From: Patescibacteria group bacterium
GTDB lineage: Bacteria > Patescibacteriota > Patescibacteriia > UBA1558 > GWA2-36-10
Assembly (NCBI GenBank): GCA_041665505.1
Contig: JBAYIR010000002.1
Span: 75,602 to 139,601, forward strand
DNA: 64,000 nucleotides
Direction of reading: 5' to 3'
In this document: piece by piece, positions 40,776-51,051 of the stretch
Position numbering within the stretch: position 1 is the first letter of the stretch
How the letters are laid out: the number at the start of each line of letters is the position of its first letter
Notes under the pieces: model-generated
The model's database searches: none
Seen by the model: only the letters and a program-made list of their open reading frames with translations
What the model was told of the DNA's origin: nothing
Made by a program: the position numbers and the translations under genes

Positions 40776-41837
40776 ATGTCATTTTCTCTAGGAATTGTTG
40801 GTCTACCAAATGTCGGTAAGTCCACTTTATTTCAAGCCCTAACTAAAAATAAGGTAGAAGCCTCCAACTACCCCTTTTGTACTATTGACCCCAATGTCGG
40901 CGTAGTAGCTGTACCAGATAGTAGATTGGATGACTTAGCTATGATGTCCAAATCGGCCAAAATTATTCCGACTGTCATTGAATTTGTAGATATTGCCGGT
41001 TTGGTCAAAGGAGCATCACTAGGAGAAGGCTTGGGTAATAAATTTTTATCAAACATTAGAGATGTAGATGCTATAGTGCAAGTCATTAGAAGTTTTACTG
41101 ATAAAAATGTTACACACGTTCATGGTAATATTTCTCCTGAGTATGATAAAGAAATTATCAATCTGGAATTGATTATGGCCGACTTAGAGGTAGCGACTAA
41201 ACATTTAGACAAAGTAATTTCTAAAATGAAAGGTCCTTATGACAAAATTTTGGACCAAGAAAAAGCTCTAATGGAAAAAGCCAAAGCTCATTTGGAAGCT
41301 AATCAGCTTTTAAATAGTCTAGAATTAAATGACGAAGAACAAAAATTAATCAAACAAATAAATTTACTGAGCATCAAGCCGATTATTTATCTATACAATA
41401 TAGATGAAGCTGATTTAGCTAAAGACCTTGGCTTGCCAGCTGGATCAATTTCAATTTGTGCTAAAACTGAAGCTGAATTAGCTGAGTTAGAGCCAGCAGA
41501 AGCCAAAGAATATATGAAAGAGCTTGGCATTACTACTAGTGGCTTAGATAATTTGATTAGTGCTAGCTACAAATTACTCAACCTAATTACTTTTATCACT
41601 ACTGGGCCAGAAGAAACCAGAGCTTGGACTATTACCAGCGGCACCAAAGCTCCTCAAGCGGCTGGAGTGATACACACTGACTTTGAAAAAGGTTTTATCC
41701 GTGCCGAAGTCATCAATTGGCAAACTCTTTTAGATGATGGGGCTTGGAATGAGAGCAAAGTGGCCGGTCATATGCGTATGGAAGGCAAAGAATATATTAT
41801 GAAAGATGGTGATACAGTCCATTTTCATTTCAATTAA
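40776..41837 (+). CDS. ychF: redox-regulated ATPase YchF
   Basis: GIVGLPNVGKST, NYPFCTIDPN, DIAGLVKGAS and AGVIHTDFEKGFIRAE motifs. Confidence 0.98.
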   Translation: MSFSLGIVGLPNVGKSTLFQALTKNKVEASNYPFCTIDPNVGVVAVPDSRLDDLAMMSKSAKIIPTVIEFVDIAGLVKGASLGEGLGNKFLSNIRDVDAIVQVIRSFTDKNVTHVHGNISPEYDKEIINLELIMADLEVATKHLDKVISKMKGPYDKILDQEKALMEKAKAHLEANQLLNSLELNDEEQKLIKQINLLSIKPIIYLYNIDEADLAKDLGLPAGSISICAKTEAELAELEPAEAKEYMKELGITTSGLDNLISASYKLLNLITFITTGPEETRAWTITSGTKAPQAAGVIHTDFEKGFIRAEVINWQTLLDDGAWNESKVAGHMRMEGKEYIMKDGDTVHFHFN

Positions 41838-41890
41838 GATCTCATAAAAAAATAAATTTTTTACTGTTTAGCAAATGTGCTATAATATAA

Positions 41891-42087
41891 ATGTCCTAGT
41901 CCTTTGTTGTAACATCTTTGTCAAAAATACTAGCCCAAGTAAAACGTGCTCTATAAAAAGCACCAGAAAATAAAAATAAATTACTTGTCTAATATCTGGA
42001 ACAAAGATAAACATTAACACAACTGAATATGGACATGGAAGTTTTATAGAATTCCACCTACATTGGGGCAGGTGGGATTCTTTTTTT
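41891..42087 (+). ncRNA. long-hairpin ncRNA candidate, 6S RNA-like
   Basis: TGcTATAAT promoter (TATAAT at 41881-86); nested pairings ATGTCC/GGACAT, GTTGT/ACAAC, ATCTTTGT/ACAAAGAT, CAAGTAA/TTACTTG, GTGCT/AGCAC; terminator at 42049-42087; no ORF in the track. Confidence 0.55.
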
Positions 42088-42137
42088 AAAAAAATAAAAA
42101 GACCTAAAGCAAAAACTATGGGTCTTTCAATTTTAAA

Positions 42138-43175
42138 TTATAATCTATTTTTAGTAATCAACATGCCGTCACCAAAAGAAAAAAATCTATACTTTAGCTT
42201 GATAGCCTTTTGATAAGCTTTTAATATTTGCTCCCGGCTAGCTAAAGCAGCTACCATAAAAAGTAGAGAACTTTTCGGCAAATGAAAATTGGTTATTAAA
42301 TCATCTACAAATTTATATTTATAGCCTGGATAAATATAAATGTCTACCCATTTAGAGCCTGAGCTTAAATGCCCAGCCTTAGTAGCAAAGGCCTCTAAGG
42401 TGCGGGCACTAGTGGTGCCAACAGCTATAATATTTTTACCTTGTTTTTTTAATTTATTCAAAGACTCTACAGTGTTTTTATCAATACTAGCCCACTCATG
42501 GTGAATTTTATGCTTAGTAATATCCTCTACTTCTACTGGCGCAAAAGTACCTAGACCAACATGTAGAGTTACTTTAAAAATTTTGACGCCTTTTTTATTA
42601 AGTTGTTGTAAAACTTTGTTAGTAAAATGAAGACCAGCGGTTGGCGCCGCTGCCGAACCAAGAGAACGAGCATAAATAGTCTGATAATCTTTTTTGATTT
42701 TTGAACTATCTTTAATTTTTATATAAGGCGGCAGCGGCGTATGCCCAATACTATCTATAATAGCTTCCAATTTTTTGCCGACTTGATTAAATTTTATTTG
42801 TTTAATTTTACCATCAATGTCTTTGATAATTTTGGCCACTAGTTTATCAGCCAAATAAATACTATCGCCGACTTTAAGATTACGAGCACCAATCATAGCT
42901 AGCCAAGTGGAATTATTGATTTTTTCAGTCAATAAAATTTCTACTTGCCCGCCAGTAGATTTGTGACCATAGAGCCTAGCTGGAAAAACTTTTGTTTCAT
43001 TAACTACCAAGACATCATTGGCCGAGAGATATTCTGGCAAATTATAAAAATGCTGATGGCTTATTTTTTCTTTAGCTCTATCTAATATCAAAAGGCGTGA
43101 ATGATCCCGTGGTTTTATTTGACTTTGGGCTATCAAAGCACGAGGTAAATTATAATCAAATAAACTTATTTTCAT
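42138..43175 (-). CDS. queA: S-adenosylmethionine:tRNA ribosyltransferase-isomerase
   Basis: PLPPYI, AAPTAGLHFT, LHVGLGTF, TNFHLPKSSL and RFFSFGDGM motifs. Confidence 0.97.
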   Translation of the reverse strand: MKISLFDYNLPRALIAQSQIKPRDHSRLLILDRAKEKISHQHFYNLPEYLSANDVLVVNETKVFPARLYGHKSTGGQVEILLTEKINNSTWLAMIGARNLKVGDSIYLADKLVAKIIKDIDGKIKQIKFNQVGKKLEAIIDSIGHTPLPPYIKIKDSSKIKKDYQTIYARSLGSAAAPTAGLHFTNKVLQQLNKKGVKIFKVTLHVGLGTFAPVEVEDITKHKIHHEWASIDKNTVESLNKLKKQGKNIIAVGTTSARTLEAFATKAGHLSSGSKWVDIYIYPGYKYKFVDDLITNFHLPKSSLLFMVAALASREQILKAYQKAIKLKYRFFSFGDGMLITKNRL

Positions 43176-43196
43176 AAATATTATAATAAAGTAGCT

Positions 43197-43223
43197 GCCG
43201 GGTCCGTCTAAGACGGACCCGGC
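43197..43223 (-). terminator. GC-rich terminator of islet 4
   Basis: GCCGGGTCCGTCT-a-AGACGGACCCGGC perfect inverted repeat. Confidence 0.75.
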
Positions 43224-43233
43224 GCCAAAGGGT

Positions 43234-43497
43234 TTAACGAATCCGATGCCCGTTGAGGCGAAGATGGTGGGGATTGGTATAAGACATTATACCATTTCCT
43301 ATACAGATAAGCGGCCAGAAGATAAGCATGGCTACAAATACACCCAGACCAGCGCTGACAATACAAAATTGATCACTGGGTGGACCATATTCATGCCTAG
43401 CGCGCCTGAGCAAAGACACAATGTCGCTGCTATAGAGCAGACCAAAGAAAAAGCCTAGCAGAGCGTAGGCAATCGCCAAGACAAGCCACCAATTCAT
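43234..43497 (-). CDS. GC-enriched orphan 2-TM protein (islet 4)
   Basis: GGGAGG SD at 43504-09; two hydrophobic segments; sampled line 43381-43440 is 31/60 GC. Confidence 0.65.
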   Translation of the reverse strand: MNWWLVLAIAYALLGFFFGLLYSSDIVSLLRRARHEYGPPSDQFCIVSAGLGVFVAMLIFWPLICIGNGIMSYTNPHHLRLNGHRIR

Positions 43498-43532
43498 GAG
43501 CTTCCTCCCTTTCCAGTTTGACTCGCTACGAA

Positions 43533-43587
43533 GTGACAGAGAACAAAAAGCAGCTAAACATTAGCTTAATTATCAGCTAGCTGTCAA
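43533..43587 (-). promoter_or_regulatory. islet 4 promoter and boxA-like motif
   Basis: TTGACA at 43582-87 overlaps the queH TGA stop; GTTCTCTGTCAC at 43533-44. Confidence 0.5.
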
Positions 43588-44120
43588 ATTTTTTTAGAAT
43601 AAAGGCAGCCACAATAGTCTTGGCGATAAAAACCTTCTTTTTTGCTCATCTCAGACGCTATTTTAAAACCATTATTTTTCTTCCAATCCGCTTCTAGAAA
43701 TTTAACTCCGTATTCTTTAACCAATTTATTAGCTACACAATTGATTTGAGAAACATCTTTGTGAGGAGAAATACTCATCACTGTAGCCCAAAGGTCATAG
43801 TTTTCTTCCTTAGCTTTTTTAGCTGTTTGACCTAGACGAATATCAAAACAAACTTCACAGCGCTGACCTTTTTCTGGTTCAGCTTCTAGACCCTTGGTCT
43901 TAGTAAACCACTCGGCTGTATTATATGGTCCTTCTTCAAAATTAATAGCTATTTTTTTGGCATATTTTTGCATTTCATCTCGGCGCAAATTGTATTCTTT
44001 CCTAGGATGAATATTGGGGTCATAGAAAAAAATACTTAGCTGATAATCTTTAGCTAACTGCTCTAAAACATAAATAGAGCATGGTGCACAACAAGAATGT
44101 AATAATAATCTTTGTTTCAT
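43584..44120 (-). CDS. queH: epoxyqueuosine reductase QueH
   Basis: LLLHSCCAPCS, PNIHP, RCEVC and YRQDYCGCLYS motifs. Confidence 0.95.
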   Translation of the reverse strand: MKQRLLLHSCCAPCSIYVLEQLAKDYQLSIFFYDPNIHPRKEYNLRRDEMQKYAKKIAINFEEGPYNTAEWFTKTKGLEAEPEKGQRCEVCFDIRLGQTAKKAKEENYDLWATVMSISPHKDVSQINCVANKLVKEYGVKFLEADWKKNNGFKIASEMSKKEGFYRQDYCGCLYSKKI

Positions 44121-45424
44121 AAATCCATTAATACTTTGATCGGAGCTTTATAAAGCTCACCATAAGAAGTAAATCCATTGAGTGGAATAATGCCTCTAGC
44201 ATAAGATATCATAAGTAAAACATTAAAAATAATTCCTGTAAACACCAACAAAATAAAAATAATTAGGACTATTTTTCTTTTGCAGACTGCCTTTATAAAA
44301 TAACTCAGGCCAAGAGTAAAAATAAAAAAACTACTAATCATACGACGAGCTCCAAAAGAGCCACCGCCATACCAATCATAGATAGCACAATTGATATAAA
44401 TCTGTATTAGCATAGCCAAAAATAAAAGCCTAGCCAAAAATTTATCTTGTTTATAAAAAAAGCCTAACCCCACTAAAGAAAACATCAGTAAAGGATGGAC
44501 CGTAAACATACCATGATGACTAGAAAATAAAAATTGCCAAATATGAGGATGAGCCAGATGAAAAAATGAAGTTCCTTGTGGTATTACAATCCAAGATCCA
44601 AACAAATGTCGCCACATCAAAAATTGTAGCGAACTTAATAAAACAAACCCTACTAAAGCCAAGCTAATTGGCTTTATATATTTTTTATAATTTTTTTCAG
44701 CATAAATTTTTTTAAAAATTATAAATAAAGCTATAACAGCAAATACTATATCCTGCCATCTAAGCAAAAATAATAAAGCCATACTCACTCCTAGTAGTAA
44801 GTAATCTAAATAATATATAATATCGGATTTATAAATTTTATAAATCACATAAAAAAATAAAGAGCTAGAGAAAACTGTCAATCCGTGCGCCATACTAGGC
44901 TCATAAATCAGATAAAAAGGCACCGGTGATACAGCTATAGAAATTAATATAGCCCACCAAGCATATTTTTCACCTATAATTTTCCTCAGGGTATTAAAGA
45001 GTAAGGCTAAACCCAATAAAAAATAAGTCCAAGTGCCCATAGCCACTGCCACTTGATAAGGAAAATTAAAACCCCTAATAAAATAAGGATCAGCAAAATC
45101 AAAAACATAGCTAACTATAAAAGCTATTAACACAAAAGGACTCCATAATACAGCTGCCCCCACTGCGAAAGGATTGGCTATTTGATTGACACTAGTTTGC
45201 CAAGCCACCACAGTATCATAATTATTTAAAGCATCAAATAAAGCAAACTCATTTTGCAAATTAAAATCCCTATCAAAAATAAAAGACCTAATATATGAAT
45301 AATAACCAAAACCATCACCACCTATCTGCCAGCTTGCTTGCCATAGAGTAGTCAAAAAACACAAAATAAAAAATACCAACAATAAAAGGCTGGTAGTATT
45401 AAATTGTAAATTAATTTTTCTCAC
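44117..45424 (-). CDS. GT-C fold membrane glycosyltransferase
   Basis: DGFGYYSY, LFSSHHGMF and WYGGGSFGARR motifs; many TM segments. Confidence 0.65.
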   Translation of the reverse strand: MRKINLQFNTTSLLLLVFFILCFLTTLWQASWQIGGDGFGYYSYIRSFIFDRDFNLQNEFALFDALNNYDTVVAWQTSVNQIANPFAVGAAVLWSPFVLIAFIVSYVFDFADPYFIRGFNFPYQVAVAMGTWTYFLLGLALLFNTLRKIIGEKYAWWAILISIAVSPVPFYLIYEPSMAHGLTVFSSSLFFYVIYKIYKSDIIYYLDYLLLGVSMALLFLLRWQDIVFAVIALFIIFKKIYAEKNYKKYIKPISLALVGFVLLSSLQFLMWRHLFGSWIVIPQGTSFFHLAHPHIWQFLFSSHHGMFTVHPLLMFSLVGLGFFYKQDKFLARLLFLAMLIQIYINCAIYDWYGGGSFGARRMISSFFIFTLGLSYFIKAVCKRKIVLIIFILLVFTGIIFNVLLMISYARGIIPLNGFTSYGELYKAPIKVLMDL

Positions 45425-45430
45425 CGTGTA

Positions 45431-46444
45431 CTAAAATAACTTATTATTTTTATTCCTATCTATACCTAAATACTCATAGGTTTTATCTGTAGCTACTCGA
45501 CCCTGAGAAGTACGAGAAAGCAAACCTAATTGCATCAGGTATGGTTCAAATATTTCTTCAATTGTGCCAGCTTCTTCTTGGACAGAAGCCGCTAAAGTGC
45601 TCAGTCCGACTGGACCGCCACTAAAATTTTCTACAATTATTTGTAAAAGTTTTCTATCCAAATCATCTAGACCATAGGTATCTATAGCCATCATATCTAG
45701 AGCTTGTTTGGTCAAATCATAAGAAATCTGGCCATTGCCTTTGACCTGAGCATAATCTCTGACTCTTTTTAATATTCTATTGGCAATACGAGGAGTAGCC
45801 CGAGAACGGCTAGCTATTTCTGCTGTGGCTTGATCATCAATGGTAATAGCCAAAATATCAGCGGCTCGTTTAACAATTTGAGCTAGCTCTTCTTTATTAT
45901 AAAAATCCAATCTAAAAGTCACCCCAAATCTATCTCGCAGTGGAGAAGAAATCAAATTATATCTAGTGGTGGCACCAATTAAAGTAAATTTTGGTAAATC
46001 CAAACGAAGTATTTGAGCAGAAGGTCCTTTACCCAAGATAATATCTAAAGCAAAATCCTCCATAGCCGGATAAAGAATTTCTTCTATAGTTTTATTTAGC
46101 CGATGAATCTCATCAATAAATAAAATATCTCCTTCTTGCAAATTGGTAATAATAGCGGCCAAATCTCCCGCTTTAGAAATAGCTGGACCAGAAGTTACTT
46201 TTACTCCCACTCCCATTTCTTTGGCTATAATATGAGCCAAAGTGGTCTTACCTAATCCTGGTGGACCATAAAGCAAAGTATGATCAATCGGCTCTTGCCT
46301 ATTTTTAGCCGCTTGAAGCACAATATCAAGATTTTTTTTTACTTGCTCCTGACCAATATAATCTGCTAATTTTTGGGGACGCAAAGTCAAATCCCAAGTG
46401 CGATCTGTTTTCTGTTCTTTAGCTGATATGACTCGCTCTTCCAT
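45431..46444 (-). CDS. ruvB: Holliday junction helicase RuvB
   Basis: [22 protein letters not shown] and PLRDRFG motifs. Confidence 0.98.
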   Translation of the reverse strand: MEERVISAKEQKTDRTWDLTLRPQKLADYIGQEQVKKNLDIVLQAAKNRQEPIDHTLLYGPPGLGKTTLAHIIAKEMGVGVKVTSGPAISKAGDLAAIITNLQEGDILFIDEIHRLNKTIEEILYPAMEDFALDIILGKGPSAQILRLDLPKFTLIGATTRYNLISSPLRDRFGVTFRLDFYNKEELAQIVKRAADILAITIDDQATAEIASRSRATPRIANRILKRVRDYAQVKGNGQISYDLTKQALDMMAIDTYGLDDLDRKLLQIIVENFSGGPVGLSTLAASVQEEAGTIEEIFEPYLMQLGLLSRTSQGRVATDKTYEYLGIDRNKNNKLF

Positions 46445-46445
46445 G

Positions 46446-46718
46446 TTATAAATTATTTTTTTCTAAAGTCACCTTTTCTTCTTCTAATAAAGCCCCCCAT
46501 TTATCATGATCAAAATTTGTAGCTAGCTGTTTCTTTTTTTGATAATTTTCAAAAATAATTTCTGCCTGAGAAACATCTTCTTCCAAAATTTCTAACAAAC
46601 CAGCTAAACTATTATCTGGAATTCTTGATAATTGTACCAAAAGCTTATCTATTTTATTTTTATCAAGCTTAGATTTTTCTAATAGTATTTTAATTTTAGG
46701 AAAAATTAATTGACTCAT
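46446..46718 (-). CDS. hypothetical protein
   Basis: 90-aa ORF tightly packed in the operon. Confidence 0.55.
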   Translation of the reverse strand: MSQLIFPKIKILLEKSKLDKNKIDKLLVQLSRIPDNSLAGLLEILEEDVSQAEIIFENYQKKKQLATNFDHDKWGALLEEEKVTLEKNNL

Positions 46719-46723
46719 ATTTT

Positions 46724-47275
46724 TTATTTATATTGTTCCCACATTTGATAAAATTCTTGTAAACCGACACTGGTTTTTAAAGCTTCTCTAAATCCAGTAA
46801 TATCTTCTGGATTAGCTGTCCCATCTGGGCTAGAATCAAAATGCTGATCAACATACTCAGGTAAATGAGTCATAACAGTATCAATGGCTGCTTTCAATTC
46901 TACAGTCGTAAGCTTCCCATCGTCACCTTTTAAATCAGCCGCAAAAAAATAAACTAAATCACGGGCTTGCGTTCTATTAAATTCCTCATCCATTGATACT
47001 TTTATTTCCTGTAGCTGTTTTAATAAATCAAAAACTCTCTGTTTTGATTGTTCGGCTTGTTGTTCTGTATTTGGTTTTTCTTTTACATCTAGCTCCCCCG
47101 CTTCGACAAGTGCTGGACTAGCAAATGATAAAGTGGTAAGTAAAGCAAAAACCTTGGCAAATGATCTAGCTTTACCACGAAAACTATTCATTATAGTATC
47201 TTCTTGTTCTCTCAACTCATCTAACTGGGGTTTTTCTTTAGGTGTTTCTATTTTAGGGGCTTCTCCAAATCTCAT
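46724..47275 (-). CDS. hypothetical protein with an internal hydrophobic segment
   Basis: ORF track 46724..47305; start likely MRFGEAPK, which avoids overlap with gyrA. Confidence 0.55.
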   Translation of the reverse strand: MRFGEAPKIETPKEKPQLDELREQEDTIMNSFRGKARSFAKVFALLTTLSFASPALVEAGELDVKEKPNTEQQAEQSKQRVFDLLKQLQEIKVSMDEEFNRTQARDLVYFFAADLKGDDGKLTTVELKAAIDTVMTHLPEYVDQHFDSSPDGTANPEDITGFREALKTSVGLQEFYQMWEQYK

Positions 47276-47297
47276 AAATTTAAAATAATAATTAAAT

Positions 47298-49814
47298 TTA
47301 AACAAGGGTTACCGATGATACTCTATCGTCACTATCTTTAAAGCGCATCAACCTGACACCTTGAGTAGCGCGTCCTAAGACATTGACTGACTTGATAGGC
47401 AACCTAATCACTTGGCCTTTTTTGGAAATAATAATCATATCTTCATCTTCGGCCTTGCCAGAAACTATTTTGGCAGAAGCAATGTTACCAGTTTTGTCAG
47501 TCACTTGAGCAGTCTTGATACCACTACCGCCACGGCCTTGTACTTTATAAGAAGCCACCGCTGTCCGCTTGCCAAAACCATGAGACATCACTACCATCAG
47601 TTGCTCATCAGAAATTGATTTTCCGTCAGTGATTAAATCTACACCAACTATTACATCATCTTTTTTAAGACGAATAGCTCTGACCCCAGAAGCTGAGCGA
47701 CCCATGGCTCTGACATCTTTTTCTCTAAATCTAATGGCTTGACCTTTAGCAGTAGCTAAAATAATATCATCTTTGCCTGATGAAGTTCTAATCCAATTAA
47801 GGACATCATCGCCTTTTAATTTCATAGCTATTAGTCCACTATGGCGAACATTATAGAATTGAGATACTTCTACTCTTTTAATCACTCCGTATTTAGTCAA
47901 CATGACAAAATATTTAAAGACTTTGAAATCTTCACTTTGAATAATGGAAGATACTTTTTCTTCTGGAGATAATTGCAAGAAATTAACAATATTTTGACCT
48001 TTAGAAGTACGAGACTGTTGAGGTACCTCATAAGCTTTGAGTTGAAATACTCTGCCTCTGGTGGTGAAAAACATTAAATCAGCATGGGTGCTAGTAGACA
48101 TAAATGTCTGCACCTCATCTTGCTCTTTGGTAGTTAGGCCCATAACACCTTTGCCACCGCGACTTTGGGTACGGAAATTTTCTGGAGAAAGCCTCTTGAT
48201 GTAGCCATCGTGAGTCATAGTGATAACAGTTGCTTCATTTGGTATCAAATCTTTGGTCTCCATCTTACCAATGGCGGACTTAATCACTTTAGTCTTTCTT
48301 TCATCAGCAAATTTGTCTCTTATCTCTTTAAGCTCAGTTTTGATTATATTTAATATCTTTGTTTTATTTTTCAAAATAGCTTCTAATTCTCTGATCAATT
48401 GTAATTTTTCTTTGAGTTCATTTTCAATCTTCATTCTCTCTAGATTGGCCAAAGATTGTAATTTCATTTCCAAGATAGCCACGGCTTGTCTCTCACTTAA
48501 TTTGAATTGCTTCATCAAATTTACTTTGGCAATATCTTTATCTTTAGAAGCTCTAATTGTTTTGATAACCGCATCAATTTTATCCAAAGCTTTTTTCAAA
48601 CCTTCCAAGATATGAGCTCTGTCTTTGGCTTTTTCCAAATCAAATTGAGTCCGACGAGCAATTACTACTTGACGATGCTTAATATATTCTTCCAAAATAC
48701 CTTGTAGAGTCAAAACTCGTGGCTGAATACCATCAATTAAAGCCAACATGTTGACGTGAAATTTCTCTTGCAGTTGAGTATGTTTGTAGAGATTGTTTAA
48801 AATTTTATTTGGGTAAGCTTCTTTTTTTAGATCAATTACTACCCTGACACCGTCTCTATCTGATTCGTCACGCAAATCTTTTATCCCTTCTAATTTTTTA
48901 TCTTTGACTAGTTGCGCAATTTTTTCTAGTAGATTGGCTTTGTTGACCTGAAAAGGCACAGAAGAAATAATAATCTGATATTGGCCAGCCTTGCTTTCTA
49001 TAATATCGGCTTCCCCACGCATGACAATACCCCCACGACCAGTAGCATAGGCGGTTCTAATATCTTCTATATTATAAATCATACCGCCAGTTGGAAAATC
49101 TGGTCCTTTAACTATATTCATCAAATCTTCGATAGTCGCTTGTGGTTTATCTATTAGTAAAGTAATAGCATCTATCAATTCTCCGAGGTTATGAGGTGGA
49201 ATATTTGTAGCCATACCGACCGCAATACCAGTAGTACCATTTAAAAGTAAATTTGGCAGTTTAGCTGGTAACACTCGAGGCTCTTTGTGTGAACCATCAT
49301 AATTTGGGATAAAATCAACAGTGTCTTTTTCTATATCAAACATTAGCTCCTCAGCTAAAGCTTGTAATTTAGCCTCCGTATAACGCATAGCAGCAGCACC
49401 ATCACCATCCATAGAACCAAAATTTCCCTGACCATTAACCAAGGTATAGCGCATAGAAAAATCCTGAGCCATTCTGACCATAGAATCATAAACAGCCACG
49501 TCACCGTGTGGATGATATTTACCAAGCACTTCACCGACTACGGTGGCTGATTTTCTAAATTTAGCAGTATGCCTCAAACCAATGGTCCACATCGCATACA
49601 ATATTCGACGATGGACTGGTTTTAAACCATCTCTGACATCAGGTAATGCTCGAGAAACAATAACACTCATGGCATAATCAATATATGAGCTCTGCATCTC
49701 TTCCACAATAGATAAAGGTTCTACATGACCACGATTATCTATCAAGACATCTTGTTTTGGTTTTTTTTCTTCCTTTTTTTCAGACTCTGAAATAGAATTT
49801 TTCTTTGTTGGCAT
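47298..49814 (-). CDS. gyrA: DNA gyrase subunit A
   Basis: [28 protein letters not shown] and GyrA-box QSRGGKG. Confidence 0.98.
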   Translation of the reverse strand: MPTKKNSISESEKKEEKKPKQDVLIDNRGHVEPLSIVEEMQSSYIDYAMSVIVSRALPDVRDGLKPVHRRILYAMWTIGLRHTAKFRKSATVVGEVLGKYHPHGDVAVYDSMVRMAQDFSMRYTLVNGQGNFGSMDGDGAAAMRYTEAKLQALAEELMFDIEKDTVDFIPNYDGSHKEPRVLPAKLPNLLLNGTTGIAVGMATNIPPHNLGELIDAITLLIDKPQATIEDLMNIVKGPDFPTGGMIYNIEDIRTAYATGRGGIVMRGEADIIESKAGQYQIIISSVPFQVNKANLLEKIAQLVKDKKLEGIKDLRDESDRDGVRVVIDLKKEAYPNKILNNLYKHTQLQEKFHVNMLALIDGIQPRVLTLQGILEEYIKHRQVVIARRTQFDLEKAKDRAHILEGLKKALDKIDAVIKTIRASKDKDIAKVNLMKQFKLSERQAVAILEMKLQSLANLERMKIENELKEKLQLIRELEAILKNKTKILNIIKTELKEIRDKFADERKTKVIKSAIGKMETKDLIPNEATVITMTHDGYIKRLSPENFRTQSRGGKGVMGLTTKEQDEVQTFMSTSTHADLMFFTTRGRVFQLKAYEVPQQSRTSKGQNIVNFLQLSPEEKVSSIIQSEDFKVFKYFVMLTKYGVIKRVEVSQFYNVRHSGLIAMKLKGDDVLNWIRTSSGKDDIILATAKGQAIRFREKDVRAMGRSASGVRAIRLKKDDVIVGVDLITDGKSISDEQLMVVMSHGFGKRTAVASYKVQGRGGSGIKTAQVTDKTGNIASAKIVSGKAEDEDMIIISKKGQVIRLPIKSVNVLGRATQGVRLMRFKDSDDRVSSVTLV

Positions 49815-49837
49815 ATTATTTTAAAATTTTTGATATT

Positions 49838-50449
49838 TTATTTAACTGCAGAATCTACACAAGCTATTTGATTAACAAAACCCTCCTCCACTATAGCCAA
49901 GCAACCGTATTTAAAAATATTTTCGGAACAGATGCCGCTTGTTTTGACTGGTCGTCCTTCGGAGATAAACCTTGAATAAATTTCTGGCCCTTGTGATAAA
50001 TCTACTGCACAATATCCCTGACACTCACTACTATCATTACATTCTTTTCCTCCATCAGTAGTAGCTAAAAAACATTTTAAATCTGTTTCATTCCACTTGG
50101 CACTAATGGCCTCACAATCTACTTGATTCTGTGGTGTTTCTAACAAAGCATTCTTCTCTTTATCAGCTAAATATTTTTTAGTTTCTTCAATTAGTTGTTC
50201 TTGCTTAGTCTGCTTAATAAGCTCATCACTGAGACCAGCTAAATCTTCTTGTCCGACTTCAATAGAGCCCTTAATATTTCCTACTTCATCACTAGTATTA
50301 TTTTGGATTTGATCCAAAAAATAATTTTCTTTCCCCACATCAGCAAAAGGCTTACTAGCTAGCCATTGCCAAGTAATAATCCCCATAAAAAATACTACTA
50401 ATATTACCAAAATTAAATTTTTGCTCCCACCTGGCTCAAATATAATCAT
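49838..50449 (-). CDS. membrane-anchored protein with Cys-rich C-terminal module
   Basis: N-terminal TM; CEAISAKW..C..TTDGGKECNDSSECQGYC. Confidence 0.6.
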   Translation of the reverse strand: MIIFEPGGSKNLILVILVVFFMGIITWQWLASKPFADVGKENYFLDQIQNNTSDEVGNIKGSIEVGQEDLAGLSDELIKQTKQEQLIEETKKYLADKEKNALLETPQNQVDCEAISAKWNETDLKCFLATTDGGKECNDSSECQGYCAVDLSQGPEIYSRFISEGRPVKTSGICSENIFKYGCLAIVEEGFVNQIACVDSAVK

Positions 50450-51051
50450 TTTTGTAATTTAAGTATAATTAATTTGATATCTTCCACCGGAAGATCTGCT
50501 TTTTTTATTTTATATTTTTCTTCTTCCTCTGGTTTAACACCAAATTCTTTTATAAAAACCGTCAAATCATCTACTGCCAATTTACCAGAACCAGATTTAT
50601 AACAACTAGGAATGACTATCCGTGGTTCTACTTGCTGGATAAGTCGGCTAGCTTCTTTGGCTGTGGTCAAATCTCCGCCACCGACAGGTAAAATTAACAT
50701 GTCAGCACCCTCAATCAACTCTAAATCGTCATTTGATAAATCACCATGCCCAAATTCTCCCAAAAAAGCAATTTTAATTCCTTCAAAAACTACATAATAG
50801 ATAATATTGCCTTTGACCTCACGGCCATAAACAAAAACGTCACCCACTTCATACTCGCCTGGCGAATCAACCACAAAACTATCTTTGTTTAATTTAACTT
50901 TGGCTATCTGACTAGGGTCTGAAAAAAGAATAATATCAGCACTAGCTGCTGGTAATTTAGTGACCTTATCCAAAGTATAAGGATTGAATATTAGGGAATG
51001 TGAAGTGTTTTTTAACTTAAAGTAATTAAAGCCATGCCATGAAATTATCAT
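50446..51051 (-). CDS. MBL-fold (Lactamase_B_3-like) protein lacking canonical metal ligands
   Basis: IISWHG, SPGEYEVGDV, DMLILPVGG and EPRIVIP motifs; no HxHxDH. Confidence 0.7.
   Translation of the reverse strand: MIISWHGFNYFKLKNTSHSLIFNPYTLDKVTKLPAASADIILFSDPSQIAKVKLNKDSFVVDSPGEYEVGDVFVYGREVKGNIIYYVVFEGIKIAFLGEFGHGDLSNDDLELIEGADMLILPVGGGDLTTAKEASRLIQQVEPRIVIPSCYKSGSGKLAVDDLTVFIKEFGVKPEEEEKYKIKKADLPVEDIKLIILKLQK

Noticed and set aside
41891-42087. SRP RNA, tRNA or tmRNA identity for the ncRNA candidate
   Set aside because: It lacks the SRP domain IV GGAA-loop motif, a cloverleaf with TTC loop, and tRNA-like ends
43584-45424. GT-C glycosyltransferase acting on queuosine because it overlaps queH
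   Set aside because: Multi-TM GT-C enzymes act on envelope substrates with lipid-linked donors; the overlap is simply tight operon packing
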